Of a stretch of DNA of 33,996 bases, positions 10,770 to 21,421 are shown piece by piece. Origin of the DNA: Asterionella formosa. Taxonomy: Eukaryota. How positions within the stretch are numbered: the first letter of the stretch is position 1; each line of letters begins with the position of its first letter. The stretch lies in the NCBI GenBank assembly GCA_002256025.1, contig NKIB01000276.1, positions 1-33,996 on the forward strand. The letters are read 5' to 3'. The notes under the pieces were generated by a model. It searched no databases, had not been told where the DNA came from, and saw nothing but the letters and a program-made list of their open reading frames with translations. The position numbers and the translations under genes were made by a program.

Positions 10770-12632
10770 TTAAGCATTTCCCATATCATGCTTTCCAATG
10801 CCACGAAGTCCTACACCAACATTTCTCATGACAGGCATTCTCATATGTTGCTTTACGATGACAGGCATTTCAATTTCATTGATTCCCGTGCCACGCAATA
10901 CCGGACCACCAATTCCTCCACTCTTCATTCCCATTCCCTTCATCCCAAGACCATTCATTCCCAGATCCTTGATTCCCATTCCCTTCATTCCCACACCATT
11001 CATTCCCATACCATTCATTCCTAAATCATTCATTCCCATAACATTCATTCCCAAACCATTCATTCCCATAACATTCATTCCCAAACCATTCATTCCCATA
11101 ATATTCATTCCCAAACCATTCATTCCCATAATATTCATTCCCAAACCATTCATTCCCATAATATTCATTCCCAAACCGTTCATTCCCATAACATTCATTC
11201 CCAAACCATTCATTCCCATAACATTCATTCCCACACCATTCATTCCCATAACATTCATTCCCATAACATTCATTCCCAAATCATTCATTCCCATAACATT
11301 CATTCCCACACCATTCATTCCCCAATCATTCATTCCCATAACATTCATTCCCATGACATTCATTCCCAAACCATTCATTTCCATTACTTTCATAGGTGCG
11401 ACAGCAGGTACTACTGGAGGTGGGCGAGGGGACACAACAGGAGGTGCGACGGAAGGTGCCGCTGTCGGTGCAACTATAGGTGATACTGGAGATGCGACAG
11501 GAGCGGCACTTGGATCGTTGGTGGCAGCAGAATCTCCTGGGGAACCTACTGGAGGGGAACTTGGAGGATTGGTCATGGGGATAGGAGGAGAGAGCAACAC
11601 GGGAGGAGAAGTCAAAGGCACCACAGGAGTTGCAGGTACAGGAGCTGAAGTTGCTGAAGGAACAATAGGGGCAGTGCCAAAAGGAGATATTGCTGGACTA
11701 CTAGCAGAGAGGTTAGGCGATGGCGGAATTGGGGCGATTGATACAGGAGTGCTAGGAACAACAATCGAAGGAGCTGATGTCACCAGTGCAGGAGTGGAAA
11801 GAGGCATGCTTCCTGGAATGCATCCGCAGTTTGTAGCAAGGCCTACCAATTGAGGGCAGGTTACAGGATTGATGTAACCCATTGAACCAGCAAATTGGAA
11901 AATTGAACACGATGTGTTGTTCTGTCCCGGAGGTTGGACGACACCATCTGGGATGGAAACGACCATTCCTGCGCCACAAACTGAGCACGGAGGGTAGCCA
12001 GGGTTGGGAGGGGGAGTCCGAATGTTATCAGCTACTGGATCAGTTACCCCAGCAGTAGGAGGAGCAGTATCCACTGGAGCTTGGTCTATAGAAGATACAA
12101 TGAATCTGGAGTAGTAATATATGCTTTCAACACTGTCGTTGTCGACGACAATTGTCACATCCAAGGGCATGTCTGCTGCAACTGCATCCAAATTAAGATA
12201 GGCAGTAATGGTGGTCTTGTCGTCGCTAGTAGTATGCGTAATTCCCCCTACACCCGCTGCTGTACAGAGGGGAGATACCTTCAGCTGACTGTCAGTGTTG
12301 CCATCAAAGGCAAGATCAGTCATGGTTCCTGTTTCCCCTAGTCGTATAAGGAAACCCTTGAATTGCTTGCTACTTGAATTTATTGTCAAGGAAGTTTTGG
12401 TATTAATGGGGAAGGTGAACGTTTGGAATTGAGCAAGAACGGAGTCTCCCAGAGTGACAGAGAAGCCTCCATCTGAAAGGGGTCCAGTGTTGATGGGTTT
12501 CCCAGTTGCTACATGGCTCTCCCCAGTTTGTCCAATGGCATCGGCGCCTTCAGCACAGCTGCCAGCGCCACTGGGATAGGCAAATACTGACTTGCAGAAC
12601 GCTGTGATGAGAATGAAAGCAGTGAATCTCAT
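10770..12632 (-). CDS. Secreted Reeler-like + 6-Cys domain + Pro/Ser stalk protein with (GMNxx)31 tail, copy 2, 620 aa
   Basis: Signal peptide MRFTAFILITAFCKSVFA-YPSG; same head as copy 1; pentapeptide-repeat tail. Confidence 0.87.
   Translation of the reverse strand: MRFTAFILITAFCKSVFAYPSGAGSCAEGADAIGQTGESHVATGKPINTGPLSDGGFSVTLGDSVLAQFQTFTFPINTKTSLTINSSSKQFKGFLIRLGETGTMTDLAFDGNTDSQLKVSPLCTAAGVGGITHTTSDDKTTITAYLNLDAVAADMPLDVTIVVDNDSVESIYYYSRFIVSSIDQAPVDTAPPTAGVTDPVADNIRTPPPNPGYPPCSVCGAGMVVSIPDGVVQPPGQNNTSCSIFQFAGSMGYINPVTCPQLVGLATNCGCIPGSMPLSTPALVTSAPSIVVPSTPVSIAPIPPSPNLSASSPAISPFGTAPIVPSATSAPVPATPVVPLTSPPVLLSPPIPMTNPPSSPPVGSPGDSAATNDPSAAPVASPVSPIVAPTAAPSVAPPVVSPRPPPVVPAVAPMKVMEMNGLGMNVMGMNVMGMNDWGMNGVGMNVMGMNDLGMNVMGMNVMGMNGVGMNVMGMNGLGMNVMGMNGLGMNIMGMNGLGMNIMGMNGLGMNIMGMNGLGMNVMGMNGLGMNVMGMNDLGMNGMGMNGVGMKGMGIKDLGMNGLGMKGMGMKSGGIGGPVLRGTGINEIEMPVIVKQHMRMPVMRNVGVGLRGIGKHDMGNA
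10917..11381 (-). repeat. Coding 15-bp tandem repeat, about 31 units with 30-bp higher-order period, encoding GMNVM/GMNGL
   Basis: cattcattcccataa and cattcattcccaaac units, in frame with the 10770-12632 ORF. Confidence 0.95.
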
Positions 12633-13698
12633 CGTGTCGCTATTGGTAAAGGAATTCCAAAAAATAAGAGTTGAATTGAATAGACGCGACCCGACGGTTG
12701 AGAGGGGTGCGCCATTGTTATGGAATCACTGACGCGGCGCACCGACAAGGGGTTAACATGATAGGCATAAGTCATGAACAATGCGCACCTTCTCATCTGA
12801 AGTAACATACGCGATACTCCCTCATCAACTGCCGGGTGGAAAAAATATTTGAGCTCACGAAATAATGTGACGGCCGCGTGTGAGAGCAAACGAACCGTCA
12901 ACCGCAACAACCCGTTAGGTAAAGTTGAAGTGGCTTTCTGTCGAACATGGCTCTGGTGTCCGTCTTAGTAGCTGGCGCATGATCTCTTTATTCAGTATTT
13001 TAGCATTTATACGTCGTACTCACTGCAATGAAAAGCACATGAGCACAGTTATGTGGGGTATGTTAAAGTCCAATCGCTATCATCACGTAAAATTAATATA
13101 CCGTAGGCAACTATAAAACAAATTAGAAAACAAATATCAGTTCTCGCCGAGATCACGCTAAACGTAGGCTTGATGACATGTTAAATTATGGCATGTAATG
13201 ACTCTCAACATGTTATTCCTAAATAGAATTCACATGTGCATTAGAATTTATGCAATAATAAAATGATAAATTAAACAAGACCAATAATATGATTGAGTGT
13301 TGAGATACCGTAAAGCGCTCATCCAAGGATATGTAGAGAGAGGATACAGGTTTACGAAATGTACTTCTATTAGTCTAGTCTCGATTACTTCAATGCAATT
13401 ATAAATGAATTCATTAATACAGAAATCGTGAAGCTTATACTTTTGTTGGTTATATAAGACATTGCTGTGTTGTCCATACTATCTCAGTCAGGATGTTTTA
13501 GACCGACTCAACCAAATCTGGGGAAATGAAAGTATACACTAATAACTGAATGATGGGTTCTTTGCCAGCACCTATAGACACAGTAATGTACCGGGTAATT
13601 GCATTTCTAGTCAGTGTATATAGTTTACGATGATGTATTAGTCTTCACAGCTGTCTATGGTTTACAAAAGCGATATCAAATCAATTGCATCAAACGAG

Positions 13699-15651
13699 CT
13701 AACTGAGTCGACCTCGATAGCCTTTCTTAGTTTCCTTTCCTTTGTCACTGGCCTTTCCCTTCTTTTTATTCTTTCCCTTTTTACCTGCATTCTTCCCTTT
13801 GCGTCCCATTTCCTTCTTCAGCTTCTTTGACTTCTTCTTTGCTTTCTCACCCTTCTTTTTCCTTGACTTCTTTTTCTTTGACTTCTTTTTCTTTGACTTT
13901 GATCCTTTCTTCGACCTTCCTTTGCCCCCCATCATGTTTGAACCACCACCACTATAAGAAACGGGTGGGAGATTTGGAGCAACAATTGGAGTAGCAACCG
14001 GAGGAACAATTGGACGAACAACTGGAGTAGCAACCGGAGGAACAACTGGAGGAAAACCTGGAGGAACAACTGGAAGAACAACTGGAGGAACAACTGGAGG
14101 AACAACTGGAGGAACAACTGGAGGAACAACTGGAGGAATAACTGGTGGAACAACTGGAGCAGCAACCGGAGTAACGGCTGGAGAAACGATTGGAGGAGCA
14201 ACTGGAGCCAAAACCGGAGTAATGGTTGGAGGAACAACTGGAGCAACAACCGGAGCAACGGCTGGAGGAACAACTGGAGCGAAAACCGGAGTGACGGTTG
14301 GAGAAACAATTGGAGGAACAACTGGAGCAGCAACCGGAGTAACGGCTGGAGGAACAGATGGCATACCAGTCATGGTTGACGTACTGGGGGGTTTCACCGG
14401 AGCACCAGTCAGGGAGCTTGGGGCAGAAGATGGGGCTCCTGTTGTAAGAACTGGAGCGACAATTGGAGCACGAGACACTGGAGCAACCGTTTGAAGACCA
14501 GAAGGAGAGATGGAAGGCCCAAGAGTAGTAGTTGTTGGAACGGTTATGGTGGGACCTGTAACAGGAGCTAGTGGCGCTGAAGTCACAGGCGCAATGGAAA
14601 CTGGAGCCGTCGTTACAGGAGCATCTGTTGTTACAATGCCACTGGGATCTGGAGTTGTTGCAAGAATAACAGGGGCTGTTGTCATAACAAGTACCGAAGG
14701 GGGGACTGTTGGTTTTAGGACAGTTGGAACTGCAGTCGGAATAGTAGTACCAGTAAGAGCTAATGGAGCAGCAGTTGTTGGGGCAATCGTGGCAGCAGCA
14801 ACCGGACTGGGAGCAACTGTCCCATCGGCACAGCCACAGTTCGACACGAGCACAAACACCAAAGGACACTGCGAAGAAACAATATAACCTTCATACCCAA
14901 ACGATTGGAAGGCAAGGCACGTGGTATTAAAAGCAGAAGAATTACCAAAAGCAGGAATTTGAACAGTTGTGTCCGGGTTATTGATAACCTTTCCTGAACC
15001 ACAAACTGAGCATAAGGGATACCTGGGGCTAGGAGGTAAAGCGATTGGTAAAGCGGTCGGTGCAGAAGTAATTACTGGAGCAGAAATTTCAGTAGTTGCT
15101 GCGGTAGCAGTCAAAAGGAATCGAGTGTAATAGTATTCACTAATTGCCCCCTTGTTCTCAACGACAACGGTCACATCCAAAGGCATATCAGATGCAACAG
15201 CATCTAGATTTATATATGCAGTAATGGTGGTCTTGTCGTCACTAGAAGTATGCGTAACTCCTCCTACGCCCACTGCTGTACAGAGGGAAGATACCTTCAG
15301 CTGACTGTCAGTGTTACCATCGAAGGCAAGATCAGTCATGGCTCCTGTTTCCCCTAATCTTATAAGGAAACCCTTAAATGGCATGTTATTCGTAGCTATG
15401 GTCAAGGACGTTTTGGTATTAATGGGGAAGGTAAACGATTTTGATTGGGCAAGGACAGTGTCTCCAAGAGTGACAGTGAACCCTCCATCTGAAAGGGATC
15501 CAGTTGTGATGGATTTCCCAGTTGCCACATGGCTCTCTCCAGGTTGTCCAATGACAGCCGCGCCTTCGGAACAGCTGCCAGCGCCATCGGGATAGGCAAG
15601 AACTGGCTTGCACAGAGCACTGATGAAGCATAAAACTGCAAATCGCTTCAT
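13699..15651 (-). CDS. Secreted Reeler-like + 6-Cys domain + Thr/Pro/Val stalk protein with Lys-rich tail, copy 3, 650 aa
   Basis: MKRFAVLCFISALCKPVLA-YPDG signal peptide from ATG 15651, which aligns with the paralogs (an upstream in-frame ATG at 15672 is possible); (PPVV)n stalk; tail roughly half Lys. Confidence 0.87.
   Translation of the reverse strand: MKRFAVLCFISALCKPVLAYPDGAGSCSEGAAVIGQPGESHVATGKSITTGSLSDGGFTVTLGDTVLAQSKSFTFPINTKTSLTIATNNMPFKGFLIRLGETGAMTDLAFDGNTDSQLKVSSLCTAVGVGGVTHTSSDDKTTITAYINLDAVASDMPLDVTVVVENKGAISEYYYTRFLLTATAATTEISAPVITSAPTALPIALPPSPRYPLCSVCGSGKVINNPDTTVQIPAFGNSSAFNTTCLAFQSFGYEGYIVSSQCPLVFVLVSNCGCADGTVAPSPVAAATIAPTTAAPLALTGTTIPTAVPTVLKPTVPPSVLVMTTAPVILATTPDPSGIVTTDAPVTTAPVSIAPVTSAPLAPVTGPTITVPTTTTLGPSISPSGLQTVAPVSRAPIVAPVLTTGAPSSAPSSLTGAPVKPPSTSTMTGMPSVPPAVTPVAAPVVPPIVSPTVTPVFAPVVPPAVAPVVAPVVPPTITPVLAPVAPPIVSPAVTPVAAPVVPPVIPPVVPPVVPPVVPPVVPPVVLPVVPPGFPPVVPPVATPVVRPIVPPVATPIVAPNLPPVSYSGGGSNMMGGKGRSKKGSKSKKKKSKKKKSRKKKGEKAKKKSKKLKKEMGRKGKNAGKKGKNKKKGKASDKGKETKKGYRGRLS
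13985..14350 (-). repeat. Coding 12-bp repeat (PPVV) with about 60-bp higher-order units
   Basis: ggaggaacaact tandem units; PAVTPVAAPVVPP blocks recur. Confidence 0.88.
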
Positions 15652-15733
15652 TTTCCGTTTTCCCTCGTACATAAAAAGTGGAGCACTTTGAAAAATGTGA
15701 ACTCAAATTTCAACAATGTTATGAGTACACTGT

Positions 15734-16030
15734 GTACCAGGTATACCTGTGCAACCTGGAGTACCTGGTACCTGGTACCACATTGAAAAGATGATTTGTA
15801 ACCGCAAAAGGTGCGCAATATGACCGGTACCTGGTACCAATGTACCTGGAGTACTAATGCTAGCATTACCTTCTAGGACCTGGTACCCTACTTGGTATAC
15901 AACATCCCGTATATACTTATGTGGATTCTTGCAATTTCCGGTATTCCTTTCAAGAGGGGCGGAAAACATTTCTAATATGATATCTTATCGTCATGATACT
16001 GGTACCTGGTACCTGGTACCCCGGTAACCA
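15734..16030. repeat. GGTACC/CCTGGTA motif cluster upstream of secreted copy 3
   Basis: gtacctggtacctggtacca at about 15761-15780; ggtacctggtacctggtacc at 16001-16020. Confidence 0.75.
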
Positions 16031-16791
16031 GTACTCACATCAGCAAGGAGTGGTAATAAATATATCAATCTGTACGTACTCACTACCGGTACAGGCATGA
16101 GGATTGTTATGATTATTCCCGGCATGCGTGTATAACATAGAAGCTCAGTCATATACGGTAATCTATATGTATGGTACTATACCCGTATCATATACCAGTA
16201 GTATTCTATATGTGGAACAAAACACATGTCACAAAACCCGGAAACTGTTTTGAATATCATCACGATAATTCATCTCGCTCGTTGCTGTCCCCTTCCTGTG
16301 GGAAAGAATGCCACAGGGACGAGAGAAGAGCCAAGTGACAAAGAGAGAGCGAGAAAACATAAAAGAAATCATTATACTAACTATAAAAGGAGAAATATGT
16401 TGTCTCATAGTTTGTACTCGTCCATGTCAGCCATCATCATAAATCACATATACATTGCTTACATAGATGCAATGAATTATGTAAAACAATTCACATGGTG
16501 ATAGCATAGAGTTGAGCTGATTTTAGGATGTGTTGTAGTAAAAAATTTACATCGGGCGATCACGAGGATTGAAAAAAATATGAGAAGATTTATGATATTG
16601 ATGAGAAATGTTGTTGATCAGTTGATATACATTGTGTGATGAAAATGTTCTTACTATCATTTTACTTCAAGGTCGTTAAAATATTTATAAACCATCATAG
16701 TTATAGGATACCTTGATCATAGTTTTGATCCAAAAATTATCATATATACGAAAATCCTGTGCCACTTAGCTTACGATACCCTTGATCCTAT

Positions 16792-17079
16792 ATGCATGAA
16801 ACTTTTTATTTGCAGATGCTGATTGCTCTCAATAGCCATGCTGGTTTCATTCAACATGTTCATTGTCTCTTACCAATGGGAAAAGTAGAACGCAAATGTG
16901 CAATAAATTTTCAAAAGGATGATGGGTATAATTGTTGCCCAATTGCTTGCCTTGTCCTGGGTTCGATTTTTGAACCAGAAATTGTTAACATATCAGCTAT
17001 TTCTCCAAATAATTATCGCTCCTTTTTTGAAACAATGTTTAAGGAAGTGGACTGGTCGATCGATTCAATGCAGAATTGA
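16792..17079 (+). pseudogene. Possible decayed Ulp1/C48-like cysteine peptidase fragment (transposon-associated?)
   Basis: QKDDGYNCCPIAC resembles the Q-x-D-G-x-(N/D)-C-G catalytic motif; the surrounding DNA is AT-rich and full of stops. Confidence 0.3.
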
Positions 17080-18377
17080 TCTTACCAGCCAAGTGAACTA
17101 CACGATACTATTTCAACACAGTAACTGGATACTGCTGAGCAAGTGAATACTGAAGCTGAAGAAAATGGTAGCGAGGAAATTATTTAGTGGGAATGAGAGT
17201 AGGTAGTATGCCAAACATGCTGCGGAAAGGGCAATTAAAGAAACTCTCATCAAATTAAAAAATGCAAGACAAGAACTCGCACAATATGTTATTGAATCTA
17301 ACATCACTTATATAAAGCGCTTTAAGACTACTCATTTGCTAGAAGGGTACAGCGCATAGAGCGCGTAGCGCTTCCTATTGCTACCAGCCGTGATGTTCAT
17401 GTACTTATGCACTCATTTGCCAACCCAGAATCATCCGGATCTGTACCGGTTTTAATCGTTGGTACAGTACAACGGGAAATTGTCTTTCTAATTCATTAGC
17501 CGCACCTCCGGAAGCATAGATAGGGACTAAATGAAAACGAAAGACAGGTGGAGAATTCAGGAGTCGAACCCGCCACCCATGAAGGCGTGGTGCTAGCCAA
17601 CTAAGCAATCCCTCTATGCACAATATTTTTGAGCACAAGGACAGAAATATCAAAGTAAATACATAAAAAGGAAGACATATGCAGTAAAAGTGAAAGGCAG
17701 TTTTTGGATCAATAGTTACACTTAAAATGGACTACTACAAAGATGTAGGCAAACCACATGGAATTTCTGTAATTGTGGTTGCCCTATCTAGCTACAAATG
17801 CACTTTCTTTGACAAGTAATACAAGCAGTGACTGATAATGGCATTAGTGTATATGTTCTGGAAAAGGAAGAAATGGGAAGATATACTTTATCCCTCAAAA
17901 AAAGATAAATCGCCCATCCAAATGAGGTAATCAGCATTTCACCATATTTGAATGAAAAGAGACAAGCCATACTTGATGAAGTTTCCACTTGTAAAAATTA
18001 TTGAAGAATGAGTATGTAGCAACCTCATGCTTTGCGTTACCCTCAAAATAGCAAGTAAAAAACATGTAAGTGTACGAAAGAATACACGAAGGCTTGTAGG
18101 TGTTTTAAGGCATGGTTGCAATGTGTCTTGCAAATGTCCTGCAAAATGTATTAACAAATTTAATAAAATAATGCTCAAATATAAGCAGCAATTATTAGGT
18201 AACAATTCCTTTCATCAGATTTTTTGTCATAGAAAATCTGATGAAACAGTTGCATAGGGAACTGTAGTGAATATAGTAATGATTGGATAATGCCTCACGC
18301 TATAGCTAGTTTATCTCATTTTATTTTCCTTGGTTATCTGCATACTAGCTACAGGTATACCTAGGGGGCACCCCCGC

Positions 18378-18415
18378 GGGCGGGGGGGGGGGGGGGGGGG
18401 GGCGGGGGGGGGGGG

Positions 18416-18457
<42 letters not shown>

Positions 18458-18536
18458 GGGGGGGGGGGGGGGGGGGGGGGNNNNNNNNNNTATACTTTTA
18501 ATATTTGTGTTACTCCCCCCCCCCCCCCCCCCCCCC
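18378..18536. other. Assembly gap (10 N at 18481-18490) flanked by a poly-G run on the left and a 22-nt poly-C run (18515-18536) on the right
   Basis: Directly visible in the sequence. Confidence 0.95.
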
Positions 18537-18884
18537 TTATATCAACGGTCAGCAGGTCAGAATGATGATTTTCTTAGTTATCTTTTACTTCAAAAACATT
18601 TAATTAAAATTCAATTGCAGATTTCACTAGTAAATTCTGCGTATTTGGATTTCATCAGATATGACTTAACAGATCTGAGTTGCTATTGGTTGTCATGATG
18701 TTAGATTACATCCAAAACCACGGCACCTCGAAAAAGCATGATGTAGGTCCTACTAGCTAACTCAAAATTCTAGTCAAATGGTGAATTGAGTACTGGTGCT
18801 ATGCATACGGAGTGAGCAGTAAAAATCCACCATGTAGGGCTACGATTTCATCCGTGCATTATATATTTTGTAATTTGCCGCCCA

Positions 18885-21421
18885 TTGGCTCTGGGGAACT
18901 GTTTTTTCGTCGCCATGGACTGGAACTATACAAAATTTGAATACTATCTGATTACCAAAGAGGAATCAAAAGTCGAAATCAAGTTTACTTCTGGAAACGA
19001 CTTAACAACTTACATGATAATCCCACAAAAAATGTTCAAGATGGTCCTCGGAACCTGGGGGCAATGCTTACACGACCTGAAGGCAACAACAGGGATGAAT
19101 AAAAAAAATTGGTAGCAAAAAGGAAAGCAATGAGTCTGAACATTTCGGCTTCGACACTGAAATTCCATGAGGCTTTGCTAGCATATCAGACCATGATTCA
19201 TCCGGCAATGAAGTGGTATCCACTATGTGCTCCTACATTTACTATCCAACAGTGCCAACAAATAGATCGGTCATATTTACCAACTTTGTCAACAAGGATG
19301 GCTTTTAATAAAATGACCAAATGTCTCGTCCTATTCTTTGGTCCGCCGAACTTGGGGCGGGGCATATGGCTTTGCAGACACTTAGTACACAGCAGACCAA
19401 GTAATTGCACAACTACAAATGCTATTGGGCCATATGCGCCACAATGACGAGATCGCTCAGCTTATTTACATTTTACTTAAGCATTCACAAATACAAATGG
19501 GGGTGTCCGGCAAACCATTCCAATTTTCCATGGCCCCGTCCATGAAATACATCAAATCTAATTGGATTTCATCGGTATGGAGGTTTATTAATGACCTGAA
19601 AGCTACAATACACATTGAAGATGAGTGGCAATTAAATCCCCAGAGGATGAATGACAGATGCCTTATGGATATATTCAATAGCAACCACTTGCGTTTACAG
19701 CCCAAGGAATGGGAAAAATAGTCTCTATCAAGGATACATTTGAAAATTTTGACACAGACCATGGGAGATTTTGTTTTCCCGTCAAATATCCTTCACTTCA
19801 GAGAAAGTCTGGTTTCTGGATTAGTGGTTCTGGCGTCGGATGGATCCCTTATAGCCACTCCACCTGCAATGATCGCTACTCATGGGTGGAAGTTACATGA
19901 TCGAAAAACCAAAGAACAGGCATATGTTCATGTATGCATGGGTTCCTAGCGGGGGCCAAGAAATGTCCTCACTTAGCTCAGAGAGAGGTGGACTTTTGGG
20001 TGGAATGGCGGCCATTTCTTATCTTTTAATGGTTGAGCTGTCAGTTACTCCAGGTAAAAGAATATCTCTGAGTGTTTATGTAGATAGCTTAGCCCTGATA
20101 TCTCGGATCAAACGGTTGAAATATGGGGGCCCATCTGGCACACTTCGTACCACAGATTATGATATTTTGCAACTGTCAATGCATTGTGCTGAAGAACTAG
20201 TAAATATTGATTTGATTCCACACCATGATATTAAGGCTTGCTCACTAAAATGATGACGACAAATTATATGATCAACTAGTATCCTGGAAGGCAAAACTAA
20301 ATTTCGATTGCTAGTACCATCAAGCTGCACAAGTGCGGAGTTGTATGAAATGTGCTAAAACATCACAGGTATATCAGCTGCCCCCAGGGGATAAAGTCAC
20401 TTTACAAATTGGCTCCACGTATTTTACTACTCAACTTTCGTTGGCCATAAGAAATGCAATGTACAGAGAAAAAATGGTGCAATACATAATGAAATGCGCA
20501 GGATGGGACACTATTTTTGTCTTTGATTTGGTCGACTGGGAAGCTTGCAATCTAGCATGGCAAAAGGTACGGGGATCGAAGAAAATGACAATCTTCAAAT
20601 TAGAATTTGATTTACTGGCGACTTTTAGGCGTCGCTCGAAATACAACCGTACAGTCGACAACAGGTGCTTTCGGTGCAAACGACGAAGCGAGGAAGTGAA
20701 TCACATAATCTGATGCCTGGGTTATCAAATAGACATCTTCTGGTCACACATTTTGCAGAGAAAGTCTTACAGGATAGTGGCAACTCATGCCAGTATCATA
20801 CTACACAAAAATTTAAGGAAGGTCTGCAACAGTGGCTCAATTTTGAACCAGAGAGGTGGGTATGCCCAATACCCCTTGAAACAGATGTTGTGGTACGGCT
20901 AGCTAACCTTTTAGGCAATTGTGAATCAAATCGATATTGGCTGGGGTCAGCCAGGCCTTTAGAGGGAGACCATCACGGCCTGCCTTTCAAGCCGCTAAAG
21001 ACATGGGTGACTCAAAAGACAGGGGATATTGGAGGGCGCGAGTAATAAAAGGACTATGGCAAGTCATAATCAAAAGATGGATCCATCGCAATGAGGAACT
21101 ATATGGAAAGACAGCGGAGGAACAAATTGCAAAGATTACCAACAAGCAGAGAGGTTGAAGATAAGATTCGAACAAGATCAAGGGAAAGTGCTGCATGAGG
21201 AAGATAAATCTTTTTTCCTTCTTTCCATAGAAATAAGCATACGTCGTCACTCTATATCTCAAAAACTTCAGTGGATTGAATCAGTAGACATGGCAGTCAA
21301 CGCGTGGTATCGAACACAGCAGGCTGTTGGAACCTTGGAAGGCGGAGCTCTGCTTCACCTTGCCCCTTGCTTATGGCAAAGAAATCACGGCTGGTGCCCT
21401 AGTAGGGTTCGGAAGAAATAG
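18885..21421 (+). mobile_element. Degenerate, 5'-incomplete non-LTR retrotransposon (RT C-terminal/thumb region, RNase H, CCHC finger, C-terminal W-x-x-R-N motif)
   Basis: Frame-shifted + strand ORF pieces in canonical order: LGNCFFVAMDW; AYQTMIHPAMKWYPL...FFGPPNLG; LLGHMR; VLASDGS (19836), SSERGGLLG, VYVDSLALI, IKA and AKLN (RNase H); CFRCKRRSEEVNHII-x-C; GLWQVIIKRWIHRNEELYG. Boundaries are approximate. Confidence 0.8.

Noticed and set aside
10917..11381. Regular array resembling CRISPR
   Set aside because: Contiguous 15-bp units with no unique spacers, in frame within a CDS, eukaryotic context, no cas genes.
10798..11853. 351-aa + strand ORF with FIPIT/FIPKP repeats
   Set aside because: Antisense shadow of the repeat-rich copy 2 gene; the stop-free frame follows from the repeat and no domain is recognisable.
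13932..14869. Alternative-frame ORFs rich in Cys/Ser (305 aa) or LQLF repeats
   Set aside because: Off-frame readings of the PPVV repeat inside copy 3; not metallothionein-like genes.
18330..18698. Gly/Pro-rich ORF
   Set aside because: Translation of homopolymer runs across an N gap.
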